Shown: positions 9,210 to 17,307, counted from the first letter of the stretch. The stretch is 18,746 nt of DNA from a virus (IMGVR_UViG_2778261514_000005), one strand, 5' to 3'. A program made the numbers and translations. The notes: a model not told the origin generated them from the letters alone.

Positions 9210-9341
9210 ATATCCGCCCATAAAAAAGGGGCGCAACCGCGCCCCGAACAATAAAAGTCCAATTTAAAATAAAACCAATAAAGGTAATAACAGAAAGTTA
9301 AATCAGCATATGCCAGATGGCAATTGCTGATTGCAGTGACC

Positions 9342-9362
9342 AATGAAAACACTGTTTTCATT
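9342..9362. other. 21-bp perfect palindrome aatgaaaaca-c-tgttttcatt downstream of the porin gene
   Basis: Read directly from the sequence as a 10+1+10 perfect inverted repeat, about 60 nt past the porin stop in an AT-rich spacer. It could be a dimeric-protein binding site or a weak terminator stem. Confidence 0.4.
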
Positions 9363-9418
9363 GATACAGACCGCCTGTAAGGGCAGACGGCCTGTAACCA
9401 TTAACTTACCAGCAACAA

Positions 9419-10513
9419 TCAGAACTGATAAGTCATACCCACAGCAACAATATCATCTGTAGTAATACCGGCTTTCTGAGTAAATTTGTTTTCGTCAATC
9501 AGGTTAATTTTATAATCAACATAGGTAGACATATTTTTGTTGAAGTAATATGTTGCTCCAACATCAATATATTTAACCAGGTCCTGATCCCCATAGTTTT
9601 TCCCACCAACTATAACCTCCTGCCCACGAGACTGCAGGAATGCCAGTGATGGACGTAAACCAAAATCAAACTGATATTGCGCTACAGCTTCAACGTTTTC
9701 TGCCTTATCCGCAATGCCGTTAACCTTATCGCCAAAAGCCGTCATATTTTGGGTCTCTGAATATATTGTCGCAATATACAGATTATTGGCATCATATTTC
9801 AGACCAGCCCCCCACATTTCAGCATATTTACCACTGGCAACAGAGCTTCCTCCATTAACCTGCTTATCAGTACGGTCAGATTTCGTGTACGCCGCTACGA
9901 GACCAAAACCATCAAACTCATAGCTGGCTGAGAAACCATACCCATCACCATTGGCCTTCTGGAGGTCATCGCGCTCATTTTTGCCCTGATACTGCGCCGC
10001 AAAATTCAGACCATCAACCAGCCCAAAGAAATCTGTATTACGGTAGGTCAGAACTCCGGAAGTTCGGGCAGTCATAAAGTTATCGGTCTGAGTCCAGCCA
10101 TCACCACCAAACTCTGGCAGTACGTCAGTATATGATCCGACATCGTAAGCAATACCGTAGTTACGACCGTAATCAATGCTACCAACATCAGCAAATCTCA
10201 GACCTGCAAATGCCAGACGGGTTTTATTTCCCGCGGAACCTTCAGATTCCGTTTTGTTACCAGAGAACTGGTATTCCCACTGACCAAATCCGGTCAGTTG
10301 ATCATTAATCTGCGTTTCGCCTTTAAAGCCGAGACGAGCGTAAGTCTGATCTCCGTCATTACCTTTATCATCCGAGAAGTAATGCAGAGCGGTTGCACGC
10401 CCGTAAAGATCCAGTTTATTACCATCTTTATTATAAACTTCTGCTGCCTGCGCCCCCGCAGCAAACATCACTGCAACTGCTACAGCAGAAAGTGCCACTG
10501 TCATTTTTTTCAT
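9419..10513 (-). CDS. General porin of the OmpC/OmpF/PhoE (GBP) family, prophage-encoded cargo gene
   Basis: 364-aa track ORF with signal peptide [23 protein letters not shown]. Mature N-terminus [15 protein letters not shown], internal ...VLPEFGGD...[22 protein letters not shown]... and C-terminus ...[18 protein letters not shown]......AGI.TD.IVA.G..YQF with terminal Phe are classic enterobacterial porin signatures. Codon usage is visibly more AT-rich than the flanking tail genes. Confidence 0.9.
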   Translation of the reverse strand: MKKMTVALSAVAVAVMFAAGAQAAEVYNKDGNKLDLYGRATALHYFSDDKGNDGDQTYARLGFKGETQINDQLTGFGQWEYQFSGNKTESEGSAGNKTRLAFAGLRFADVGSIDYGRNYGIAYDVGSYTDVLPEFGGDGWTQTDNFMTARTSGVLTYRNTDFFGLVDGLNFAAQYQGKNERDDLQKANGDGYGFSASYEFDGFGLVAAYTKSDRTDKQVNGGSSVASGKYAEMWGAGLKYDANNLYIATIYSETQNMTAFGDKVNGIADKAENVEAVAQYQFDFGLRPSLAFLQSRGQEVIVGGKNYGDQDLVKYIDVGATYYFNKNMSTYVDYKINLIDENKFTQKAGITTDDIVAVGMTYQF

Positions 10514-10711
10514 GATTTAATCCTTATTTAAACTGAACTATTCATGCATTCAGATGTCATGAACAAAAATTAAAATATTTTAATACAAATTCTTAGTTCA
10601 ATTTATATTACGTAACAAAATGTAAATACAGGATCGATTTCGCACTTTCTGACAAGACAGATTAAAAATAATTAACAACTAAACAATAAAGAATGATTTA
10701 TAGGATAATTC
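10514..10711 (-). promoter_or_regulatory. AT-rich upstream region of the porin gene; probable own promoter with an OmpR-box-like motif
   Basis: ~200-bp AT-rich spacer between the M stop and the porin start. Minus strand contains TTTACATTTTGTTACGTAAT (plus coordinates 10607-10626), which resembles the ompC OmpR C1 box as I recall it, and possible -35/-10 pairs such as TTGTTA ... TAAGAAT. AAGGA RBS sits 8 nt before the ATG. Confidence 0.35.
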
Positions 10712-11053
10712 TCATCTAACTACCTGCTCTATCGTGCAACTGAAATCACTGTACCGGGCGTTATCCGTAATACTCCACTCCCGGCACACCACCCTGACCG
10801 TCCGGTTATGTTTCGGGGGCTTCCACAAAAAAGCCCGGTAACCACCATGCCATGACAGAAACGCGGACAGTGCCTCCCGCTCAGCATCCGTTGTCACCCG
10901 AAAAACCACCTGAAAGGTCTTCAGTTGCGCATTCAGTCCTGCCGGACGACGCTGCTGATAACCGTCGCCAAACTTCACCGTCATCACCGACGGTTTCTCC
11001 GTCACCTGCATCCCTTCCCGGGGACACCAGTGAAGGGTCTTAATCTCATCCAC
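10712..11053 (-). CDS. M: Minor tail protein M
   Basis: 113-aa track ORF. ...VKFGDGYQQRRPAGLNAQLKTFQVVF...FLSWHGGYRAFLW.PP... matches lambda gpM as I recall it. Start overlaps the H stop by 8 nt. Confidence 0.85.
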   Translation of the reverse strand: MDEIKTLHWCPREGMQVTEKPSVMTVKFGDGYQQRRPAGLNAQLKTFQVVFRVTTDAEREALSAFLSWHGGYRAFLWKPPKHNRTVRVVCREWSITDNARYSDFSCTIEQVVR

Positions 11054-14000
11054 TCAGCATTCCCCCGTCACGTCGCATGGACAGCATCACCGCCTGTACC
11101 CGCTGGTCAATCAGTTGCACAAGGGTGCCCGCCGCTTCCGGCCCTATCTGCCCGTTAGCGCCGTCATTCTGAATGGCGATGTGGTACACCGGAGAATACA
11201 CCAGACCCGCACTGCCGTTCATGCTGCCCACCGCACGCACGCCGAGTGAACCATCCGCTGCCCGGGTCAGGGGCATTATGGCTTCAGGTCCGGCCTCCCC
11301 CATCAGCCCTGCCCCTTTTGCAAAGGCAAAGTACGTGGGCGTGTCCACAATACTGTTACTGTATGCACTCAGGTTTGCCGAGGTATAAACGCCGCCTTTT
11401 GCATTTGCCACCGCGCCACCCAGCCAGTTGCCTATACTGCCGAAAAATCCTCCTGCACCGGACATACTGTTTGCCGCCATCTTAATGCCGTTGACAATGG
11501 CCGCATTCATAAGAACTTTTGATATTTCCTGCAGGATTGATGCAGCCCAGCTGCGCCATTCCACTTTATTTCCGTTCAGCATATCCGTGATGTTACTTAC
11601 CATCCCTGAGATACCGTCTGTCGCAAGCTGTGCTGCCTGTGAAGCGTAATCTGATGCGCTGTCCACCCAGTTGCTGACCCCCTCCTGCAGTCCTTTCTGC
11701 CAGTCAGCACGCTGCGCATCCGATTCGGCATAAAAAGCCTCCTGGTCTTTAAGGCGTTCACTCAGATACTGCGCATTCTGCGCCAGCGCCTGTCTGTAAA
11801 AATCCTCACTGATATCCCCTGTCTGATACTGAGACTGCAGGTCCGCATCCTTCTGGCGGTAGCCGTCACGAATCTGCTGCAGCTCCCGCATCCGTTCACG
11901 GCCCCGCTCACCCTGCCCGTACCCCAGCAGCTCTGCGTCATTTGATGCCCTTGCGTCTGCATTATCATTTTTCAGGGTCTCCTCCCGGGCCCGTAACTGC
12001 TCCCGGATTTTCTTCTGGTCAATCAGGGCAGCATTGCGCAGCAGCTCCTGCTTCTGAATCTCCGTCAGGGTTTTCAGCTCGCCCTGCGAGGTCTGGTATT
12101 TCAGTTTTGCCAGTTCTGTATTCTTCCCTGCCAGTCCCAGTTGTTCCTTCTGCTGCTTCAGCAGACGGGAAAAACTGTCTTCCGCTTTTTCCGTCTCAGA
12201 TTTTCCGCCCCGGGATTTGGGTTTATTCGCCTCATTATTGCGCCAGGCTTCCATCGAATTACGGATGTAACGCTGCCTCGCCTCCTGATACGTATCCCCC
12301 ACCAGACCAAGGTCATCCGCCGCATACCCCAGCCGGGCACGCTCTTTTTCTTCCCCTTTCCGCCGGGACAGGGCAAGTTGACGCTCTGTGTTATTCAGGG
12401 CGCTCTGCTGTTTATCATCCAGAGTGGCCTGTGGCAGTCGCAGCGGTACACTCGCCAGTCCCTGACGCTGTTGCAGCAGTTCATTACCCAGCCCCAGCAG
12501 GCGGTTGAATTCCGTATGCTGAACATTCATCTGCAGTAATGCCTGGTATGCCCTGTTCTGCTCTGCCGCCTCCTCACGTATCCTCGCTACACGGTTGTAC
12601 TCCAGTGACGCCAGCGTTTCCTGTACAGACCTCGCCCTTTCCTGCATCTGTGTCAGTCGTGACTGTTCAACCGCCAGCCTGCCGGTTGCCTCAGCAAGGC
12701 CGTGGGTTATAATCTCCGCACCTGAACCACCCTGTGGATTTTCCTGCAGCCAGCGCTGATAGTCAGCAATCTGTGTTTTCAGTCCCCGGACTTTACTTTC
12801 CTGCTCAGCAATCAGACGATTCTGCTCTTCCAGTGCTTCGCGGGTTTTACCCTCATTATCAGCCAGTTCCGGAAGGGTCATTCCTGGCAGCTTTGCCCGG
12901 ATTTCATCAATCGTCGATGCATACTGGCGCGCGGACTCCCTGGCCTGTTCCTGACGCTGGTACACCGTGTACCAGGCACCGGCCCCAAGCATCAGTAAAC
13001 CGGGTATCCCGCCGACCAGAGAAAGCAGGGATGCAGCGCCACTTTTCAGCATTCCCGTAACCGACGTGGCATTCTCCAGCGCCTTCCCCGAGGCCGCCAC
13101 TGCATGATTCGACTGCACCAGTGCAGCATTGGCCACAATCATGGCCCGACGTTTTGCGACGGCATTCTGTGTGACCAGCGCCTCCGCACTGGTATTTCTG
13201 GCCACGGCGAGTTCTGCCTGTGCCAGTTGCCAGGCACGTTCTGCCGCCAGAGCGTCAGCCGCCGCCTTACGTTGCACCTGAACCGCAGCATCTGCCTGCG
13301 CCGCTGCCAGGGCAACAGTGCCAGACTTCGCAGCAAGCAGTTCTGTCGTGGCCTTTCCCACACCGGATGCCATATTGCCAAAGTACCGGGCGACCCCGAC
13401 AGCAACCAGCACACCCGCAGCTGTTGCCACGGTATCAATATTTCCGGCCACACCGTTCAGCACGCCGGAGAGCGTTTTCGTCGCTCCGCTGGCCTCATTC
13501 GCGCCACCCACCCAGGCCATAAAGGCGTTTTCCACCTTCGTGATCCCGTCAGCCACCGTTTCCGGCATGGCTGCATATTCATCACGCAATATCCCCAGCT
13601 GGCTGATTAACGCGGGAACGACTTTATCCGCCGTCAGTTGACCATCGTCCGCCATCGCCTTCAGATCTTTACGGGCCACGCCCATGCCTGCAGCCAGTGC
13701 GCGAATGATCCGGTCCCCACTTTCATTGACCGAATTAAATTCCTCACCGCGTAACACACCCTGTGCCAGCGCCTGGCTGAACTGGGTGATCACCGAACCC
13801 GCCTCTGCCGTACTGGCACCGGAAATTTTCAGCCCTGTCGAAATGGCCTCCGTCACCTTCAGCACATCATCAGCACTGTAACCATATTCACGCATCGAGG
13901 CAGCCGAACGGGCAAACAGGGCCGCATTATCCGAAAATGCGGTGCCTGTCCGCTGGCTGATATCCATCAGTACTTTCTGTGATGACGAAAATTCATCTGA

Positions 14001-14312
14001 TGACTGCGACGCCTGTTTCAGACGGGCATTCACGGAGCTCCATTCATCCGCCAGCGAAATCAGGTGTCCGGTGGCAAAGGCACCGGCAAACGCACCGGTC
14101 ATTCCGACAGCCGAAGCGCGGATTTCCGTCAACTGGCTGTTCAGCTCAGCCAGAGCCCGGCGCTGCTCCCTGGCTGCCGCAGCAGCCTGACGTCCGCCAT
14201 TCTGCAGGGTCCGGTAATATTCACTGCCCATACGGGATGCCCGCTGGATCTCCGACTGGAATGACTGTGAATTTGCCGAAATTTTGATAATCAGTTCACG
14301 TAACGTCGCCAT
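11046..14312 (-). CDS. H: Tail tape measure protein (lambda H-like)
   Basis: 1088-aa track ORF, Ala/Gln-rich with coiled-coil character and a Gly-rich hydrophobic segment, in the canonical position after G/T. Strong GAGAAAGGTGA RBS before the ATG at 14312. Confidence 0.9.
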   Translation of the reverse strand: MATLRELIIKISANSQSFQSEIQRASRMGSEYYRTLQNGGRQAAAAAREQRRALAELNSQLTEIRASAVGMTGAFAGAFATGHLISLADEWSSVNARLKQASQSSDEFSSSQKVLMDISQRTGTAFSDNAALFARSAASMREYGYSADDVLKVTEAISTGLKISGASTAEAGSVITQFSQALAQGVLRGEEFNSVNESGDRIIRALAAGMGVARKDLKAMADDGQLTADKVVPALISQLGILRDEYAAMPETVADGITKVENAFMAWVGGANEASGATKTLSGVLNGVAGNIDTVATAAGVLVAVGVARYFGNMASGVGKATTELLAAKSGTVALAAAQADAAVQVQRKAAADALAAERAWQLAQAELAVARNTSAEALVTQNAVAKRRAMIVANAALVQSNHAVAASGKALENATSVTGMLKSGAASLLSLVGGIPGLLMLGAGAWYTVYQRQEQARESARQYASTIDEIRAKLPGMTLPELADNEGKTREALEEQNRLIAEQESKVRGLKTQIADYQRWLQENPQGGSGAEIITHGLAEATGRLAVEQSRLTQMQERARSVQETLASLEYNRVARIREEAAEQNRAYQALLQMNVQHTEFNRLLGLGNELLQQRQGLASVPLRLPQATLDDKQQSALNNTERQLALSRRKGEEKERARLGYAADDLGLVGDTYQEARQRYIRNSMEAWRNNEANKPKSRGGKSETEKAEDSFSRLLKQQKEQLGLAGKNTELAKLKYQTSQGELKTLTEIQKQELLRNAALIDQKKIREQLRAREETLKNDNADARASNDAELLGYGQGERGRERMRELQQIRDGYRQKDADLQSQYQTGDISEDFYRQALAQNAQYLSERLKDQEAFYAESDAQRADWQKGLQEGVSNWVDSASDYASQAAQLATDGISGMVSNITDMLNGNKVEWRSWAASILQEISKVLMNAAIVNGIKMAANSMSGAGGFFGSIGNWLGGAVANAKGGVYTSANLSAYSNSIVDTPTYFAFAKGAGLMGEAGPEAIMPLTRAADGSLGVRAVGSMNGSAGLVYSPVYHIAIQNDGANGQIGPEAAGTLVQLIDQRVQAVMLSMRRDGGMLSG

Positions 14313-14330
14313 TCACCTTTCTCCGGGCGT

Positions 14331-14351
14331 AAAAAAACCGCCTCAGCGGTT
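14331..14351 (-). terminator. Small hairpin plus U7 between T and H (terminator-like or attenuator)
   Basis: Minus strand reads aaccgc-tgag-gcggtt followed by TTTTTTT, lying between the T stop (14360) and the H RBS. The stem is only 6 bp. Confidence 0.3.
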
Positions 14352-14359
14352 CTCATCAT

Positions 14360-14674
14360 TCATGACTGTGCTGCAAAGCTCAGCGCGTCTTCCAGCGCCG
14401 CAAACGGATCCACCTCCGGCTTATCCTCATCCTCGCCCCAGCAGAGCATGGCGTCCTTCAGTGCAACATTCATCCCCTGTGCCCCGAAAACCGCTTTCAC
14501 GATCTGTGCATTACGGATATCCCCGCGCTCATCACCCAGCGGGGATACCCTGTCGAACTCCATCCACATCATCGCCTCGCTCGCACTCAGGCTGTGGCGC
14601 AGTTCGGATAAGGTGCGCCCCAGACGGAGCGCAAGTCGCATCAGAAAGCGAATTTCCGGGCGGGCTACTTTTTT
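14360..14674 (-). CDS. T: Tail assembly chaperone T, the -1 frame extension of G (G-T fusion product)
   Basis: Track ORF 14360..14641 in the -1 frame relative to G. Translating that frame back from the slippery site gives KKVARPEIRFLMRLALRLGRT..., continuous with the track protein. Confidence 0.75.
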   Translation of the reverse strand, partial: KKVARPEIRFLMRLALRLGRTLSELRHSLSASEAMMWMEFDRVSPLGDERGDIRNAQIVKAVFGAQGMNVALKDAMLCWGEDEDKPEVDPFAALEDALSFAAQS

Positions 14675-15039
14675 CTGGCCGACTCTGCATCAGCGATCAG
14701 TTCCAGTGCCTGACGCAGCAACCGGGCATGTACCGGACCATAGACGGCCAGCACCTGCTCACGGTCGTCCGGAGTGAACACCCGCTGCAGGTCCGTATCA
14801 CACAGGACATCGCAGAACAGCGTCACATCCGCTTCCAGGTTACGGCGGGTTTTCGCCACCACCGACAGGGTATCGTCATCCTCTCCATCACCATTGAGCA
14901 CGTCCTGCCACAGATACCAGGCCTCTGCCGAAGGCTCCCGCAGCACCACGCTGACATTACCCCATTCCGGCACCTTCACCGTTTTATGACGAAACCCTGA
15001 CAGTCTGGCCAGCGCCAGCGTTTTCAGATCCTTTTTCAT
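14665..15039 (-). CDS. G: Tail assembly chaperone G
   Basis: Track ORF 14665..15087, trimmed to the ATG at 15039 (MKKDLKTLALARL...; AAGGGGA RBS), which avoids overlap with V. Ends ...ARKK-stop on the slippery heptamer A-AAA-AAG (about 14668-14674), the classic G/T arrangement. Confidence 0.8.
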   Translation of the reverse strand: MKKDLKTLALARLSGFRHKTVKVPEWGNVSVVLREPSAEAWYLWQDVLNGDGEDDDTLSVVAKTRRNLEADVTLFCDVLCDTDLQRVFTPDDREQVLAVYGPVHARLLRQALELIADAESARKK

Positions 15040-15053
15040 GATGGCCCATCCCC

Positions 15054-15770
15054 TTATCCGGCGGCTGCGCTCACTGTCACGGTGCATTCAACAGACGTCA
15101 CACTCTGTGCTTTCTCTGCCGAATCGGTCACCACGCAGGTATATTTCCCCGCATCAGCGGACTGCGCACCGGGCTTACTGAAGGTGTCTGTCGTCTGCCC
15201 GTCAACCGGCTGACCATCCTTCTTCCAGGCGTATTTATACGGCGGCATTCCCCCGTTGGCACTGACTGACATTGTCAGCAGCGCACCGGTATTCACGGTA
15301 AGTGTCTTTTCCAGATTTTTCACAAACGCCAGCGGTACCACAAAGGACACCGGTTTGCCTTTCAGACGCAGTGAGAACGTTGCAGCCACCACGCCGTTGG
15401 TACCGGATGACCAGGTGTGCTGACGCACTTCCGCCAGGAATTTAAAGCCCTTACCGGACGGAAACTGCACCTTAAACGCATACAACGCGTCATTGTCATA
15501 AGCATCACGCAGGGCGTTCTGGGCCTGATTCAGATAAAAATTACCCGACATGGAAATCTCGGACGACGCCCCCAGACCGTTGATGTTCTCCTGCTCTGTG
15601 GAGCAGAGCGTGGTCACATCAATATCCTGTTTCTGACCGGCGGTGAACTGGACTTCCTTGATGGTGCAGTCCAGGCGCAGATATTCCGCCTTATCCATAG
15701 TTTCAGCAGTCGCCGGGGCAGATGAAATCATCACCTGCGTCAGCTGTGAGCGTTCATACAAAGCAGACAT
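15054..15770 (-). CDS. V: Major tail (tube) protein with C-terminal Ig-like domain
   Basis: 238-aa track ORF between the tail terminator and G/T, with AGGAGG RBS. The C-terminal ~80 aa (...KYAWKKDGQPVDGQTTDTFSKPGAQSADAGKYTCVVTDSAEKAQSVTSVECTVTV) looks like an Ig-like (Big_2/I-set) domain. The N-terminal domain is not lambda gpV-like, so the V symbol is positional. Confidence 0.75.
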   Translation of the reverse strand: MSALYERSQLTQVMISSAPATAETMDKAEYLRLDCTIKEVQFTAGQKQDIDVTTLCSTEQENINGLGASSEISMSGNFYLNQAQNALRDAYDNDALYAFKVQFPSGKGFKFLAEVRQHTWSSGTNGVVAATFSLRLKGKPVSFVVPLAFVKNLEKTLTVNTGALLTMSVSANGGMPPYKYAWKKDGQPVDGQTTDTFSKPGAQSADAGKYTCVVTDSAEKAQSVTSVECTVTVSAAAG

Positions 15771-15786
15771 TCTGCCTCCTGATAAT

Positions 15787-15807
15787 AAAAAACCCGCACG
15801 CGGCGGG
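15787..15807 (-). terminator. GC-rich hairpin plus U6 immediately upstream of the V RBS
   Basis: Minus strand reads cccgc-cgcgt-gcggg followed by TTTTTT, then ATTATCAGGAGGCAGA-ATG (V). The stem is 5 bp. Confidence 0.3.
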
Positions 15808-15836
15808 GTATGGGTTTTGTGGGAAAAAAGAAAAAG

Positions 15837-16181
15837 TCACACCGTGACCTGAAACTCCAGGGTTGCACGGTAACAGCGGTTTTCCGGAATATAGTCCTGC
15901 ATTTCACTGACGGCTCCCGGGGCCAGCAGCATTATGGCTTCACGGGCGTCCTGACGTATCTGACGCGCCTGCGTCACAGTCCCGGCATAAACGTCTATCT
16001 GCACCGACACTGAGGACTCCGCCTGCCCGCCCATCACGTCCGCAGACACCGATGAAATCAGGCTGAAAACCACCCACGGAAGCGCCACCGACGGCCTGCC
16101 ATCCAGCAGGGGGACCACATACGGGTACACCTGCCCGCCGGCAAGATGCGCCAGATGAGGATACAAATCCGCCTCCGTCAT
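15837..16181 (-). CDS. Tail terminator / tail completion protein (lambda U or HK97 gp11-like by position)
   Basis: 114-aa track ORF directly upstream of the major tail gene, translationally coupled to the gp10-like gene through an ATGA overlap at 16178-16181. The assignment is mainly positional. Confidence 0.5.
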   Translation of the reverse strand: MTEADLYPHLAHLAGGQVYPYVVPLLDGRPSVALPWVVFSLISSVSADVMGGQAESSVSVQIDVYAGTVTQARQIRQDAREAIMLLAPGAVSEMQDYIPENRCYRATLEFQVTV

Positions 16182-16624
16182 CGTCTCAGTACCTCATCAA
16201 TGGCCCAGTTCATCCGCACAATCGCCACCTGCGCTGCCTGTTCACTGCGCACATCAAACGCCGGGCGCACAAACGGGTGCGGTGGCATATTCACGGTCCC
16301 CATTTCCACAAACCGCCAGTAGAAAGCATTCCGCGGGTTATCCGCCTTCATGGTGTTATCGCTGTTACCGGTGTCCGGATTAACACCACGGATATGGACA
16401 CCGGATTCCATCCCGCCATCGCGGGAGCGCCGGGAAAGGACCACCACATTGCGGCGCAGTTTTCCCCTGCGCACCGGTGCCCGTGACACCACTTCTTCTT
16501 TCAGCACATTCGCACCCGCACGGGTTGCCTCACGCAGCACCCGGTTATTTTCCGCACCACTCAGAAGCTGCAAATCGCGGCTGATGTCCTCCAGCCCCGA
16601 AAAATCCAGCAGGGTTTCGATCAT
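16178..16624 (-). CDS. HK97 gp10-family head-tail joining protein
   Basis: 148-aa track ORF. ...AFYWRFVEMGTVNMPPHPFVRPAFD... matches the HK97_gp10 family signature as I recall it. ATGA overlaps on both sides. Confidence 0.7.
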   Translation of the reverse strand: MIETLLDFSGLEDISRDLQLLSGAENNRVLREATRAGANVLKEEVVSRAPVRRGKLRRNVVVLSRRSRDGGMESGVHIRGVNPDTGNSDNTMKADNPRNAFYWRFVEMGTVNMPPHPFVRPAFDVRSEQAAQVAIVRMNWAIDEVLRR

Positions 16625-16971
16625 TTTTCCCCTCCCAGCCGACAGAGAATTTCCAGACGCCCGCCGGTCGCATCCGGCACGGGCAGCCCGACAACGTTCA
16701 GGATCCGGTCACGCCATGGACCACTCAGCACATGAAGTCGTGACGCTGCCGTGATTTCCCGACCGGACTGACCGCGCACCCAGATGCGGATTTCCGCCTG
16801 CGCCATTTCCGCACCGGACTGCATCCGCTCCCGGCTGCTCCTGCCACGGATATCCGCATGAATTTTCCCGCATGACACCCATTCTTCCGTCATTTCTCCG
16901 GCAGCATTACGGGTTAACACCGGGTTCAGAACACTTATCATCTGTGTCAGACGACCTGCATATATTGCCAT
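16621..16971 (-). CDS. Head-tail adaptor / head closure protein
   Basis: 116-aa track ORF between the gp6-like and gp10-like genes, with GAGGAGGGGG RBS. Size and position fit the Phage_H_T_join family. Confidence 0.6.
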   Translation of the reverse strand: MAIYAGRLTQMISVLNPVLTRNAAGEMTEEWVSCGKIHADIRGRSSRERMQSGAEMAQAEIRIWVRGQSGREITAASRLHVLSGPWRDRILNVVGLPVPDATGGRLEILCRLGGEK

Positions 16972-16980
16972 TCCCCCTCC

Positions 16981-17307
16981 TCATAACACCGTCGGACAAC
17001 GCAAATCGTAAATCAGCACGGAAACAGAAAACGGCAGCTCCCCCTGAAGCAGTTCTTCCCGCTCCGCAAGATCCGGATTCCGGTACAGCATCCCGGTCAG
17101 TCGCATGGCAGCCCCCTTCATCCGGGTTAATGCCTCGCCCGGGATCAGTTCACCGTCCTCACGAATCACCTTATCCCGGCTGCCCTGAATGTAGGCCAGC
17201 AGCACGGCGGTAGCCTGACGAACCTTCTCCATCAGCATGTCATCATCCGCGTCATGGTCGACACGCAGATGTGCCTTGATCTCTTCCAGTGTCAGTAATG
17301 CCGTCAT
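16981..17307 (-). CDS. gp6-like head-tail connector protein
   Basis: 108-aa track ORF. N-terminus MTALLTLEEIKAHLRVDHDADDDMLMEKV... is typical of the gp6-like connector family. GGAGG RBS, and the start overlaps the stop of the upstream gene (ATGA). Confidence 0.7.
   Translation of the reverse strand: MTALLTLEEIKAHLRVDHDADDDMLMEKVRQATAVLLAYIQGSRDKVIREDGELIPGEALTRMKGAAMRLTGMLYRNPDLAEREELLQGELPFSVSVLIYDLRCPTVL

Noticed and set aside
9714-10531. Plus-strand ORFs antisense to the porin gene (9714..9923, 10298..10531)
   Set aside because: They are hydrophobic, low-complexity products of AT-rich antisense sequence with no RBS; the porin on the minus strand explains the region.
11173-14287. Numerous plus-strand ORFs inside the tape measure gene (for example 11942..12508, 13104..13610, 13979..14287)
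   Set aside because: They are antisense to H, with Pro/Ala/Arg-rich products typical of off-frame reading of GC-rich DNA, and have no independent support.
14284-15000. 238-aa plus-strand ORF spanning the T and G genes
   Set aside because: It runs antisense across two well-supported chaperone genes and the frameshift site, and its composition is Pro/Arg/Ser-rich.
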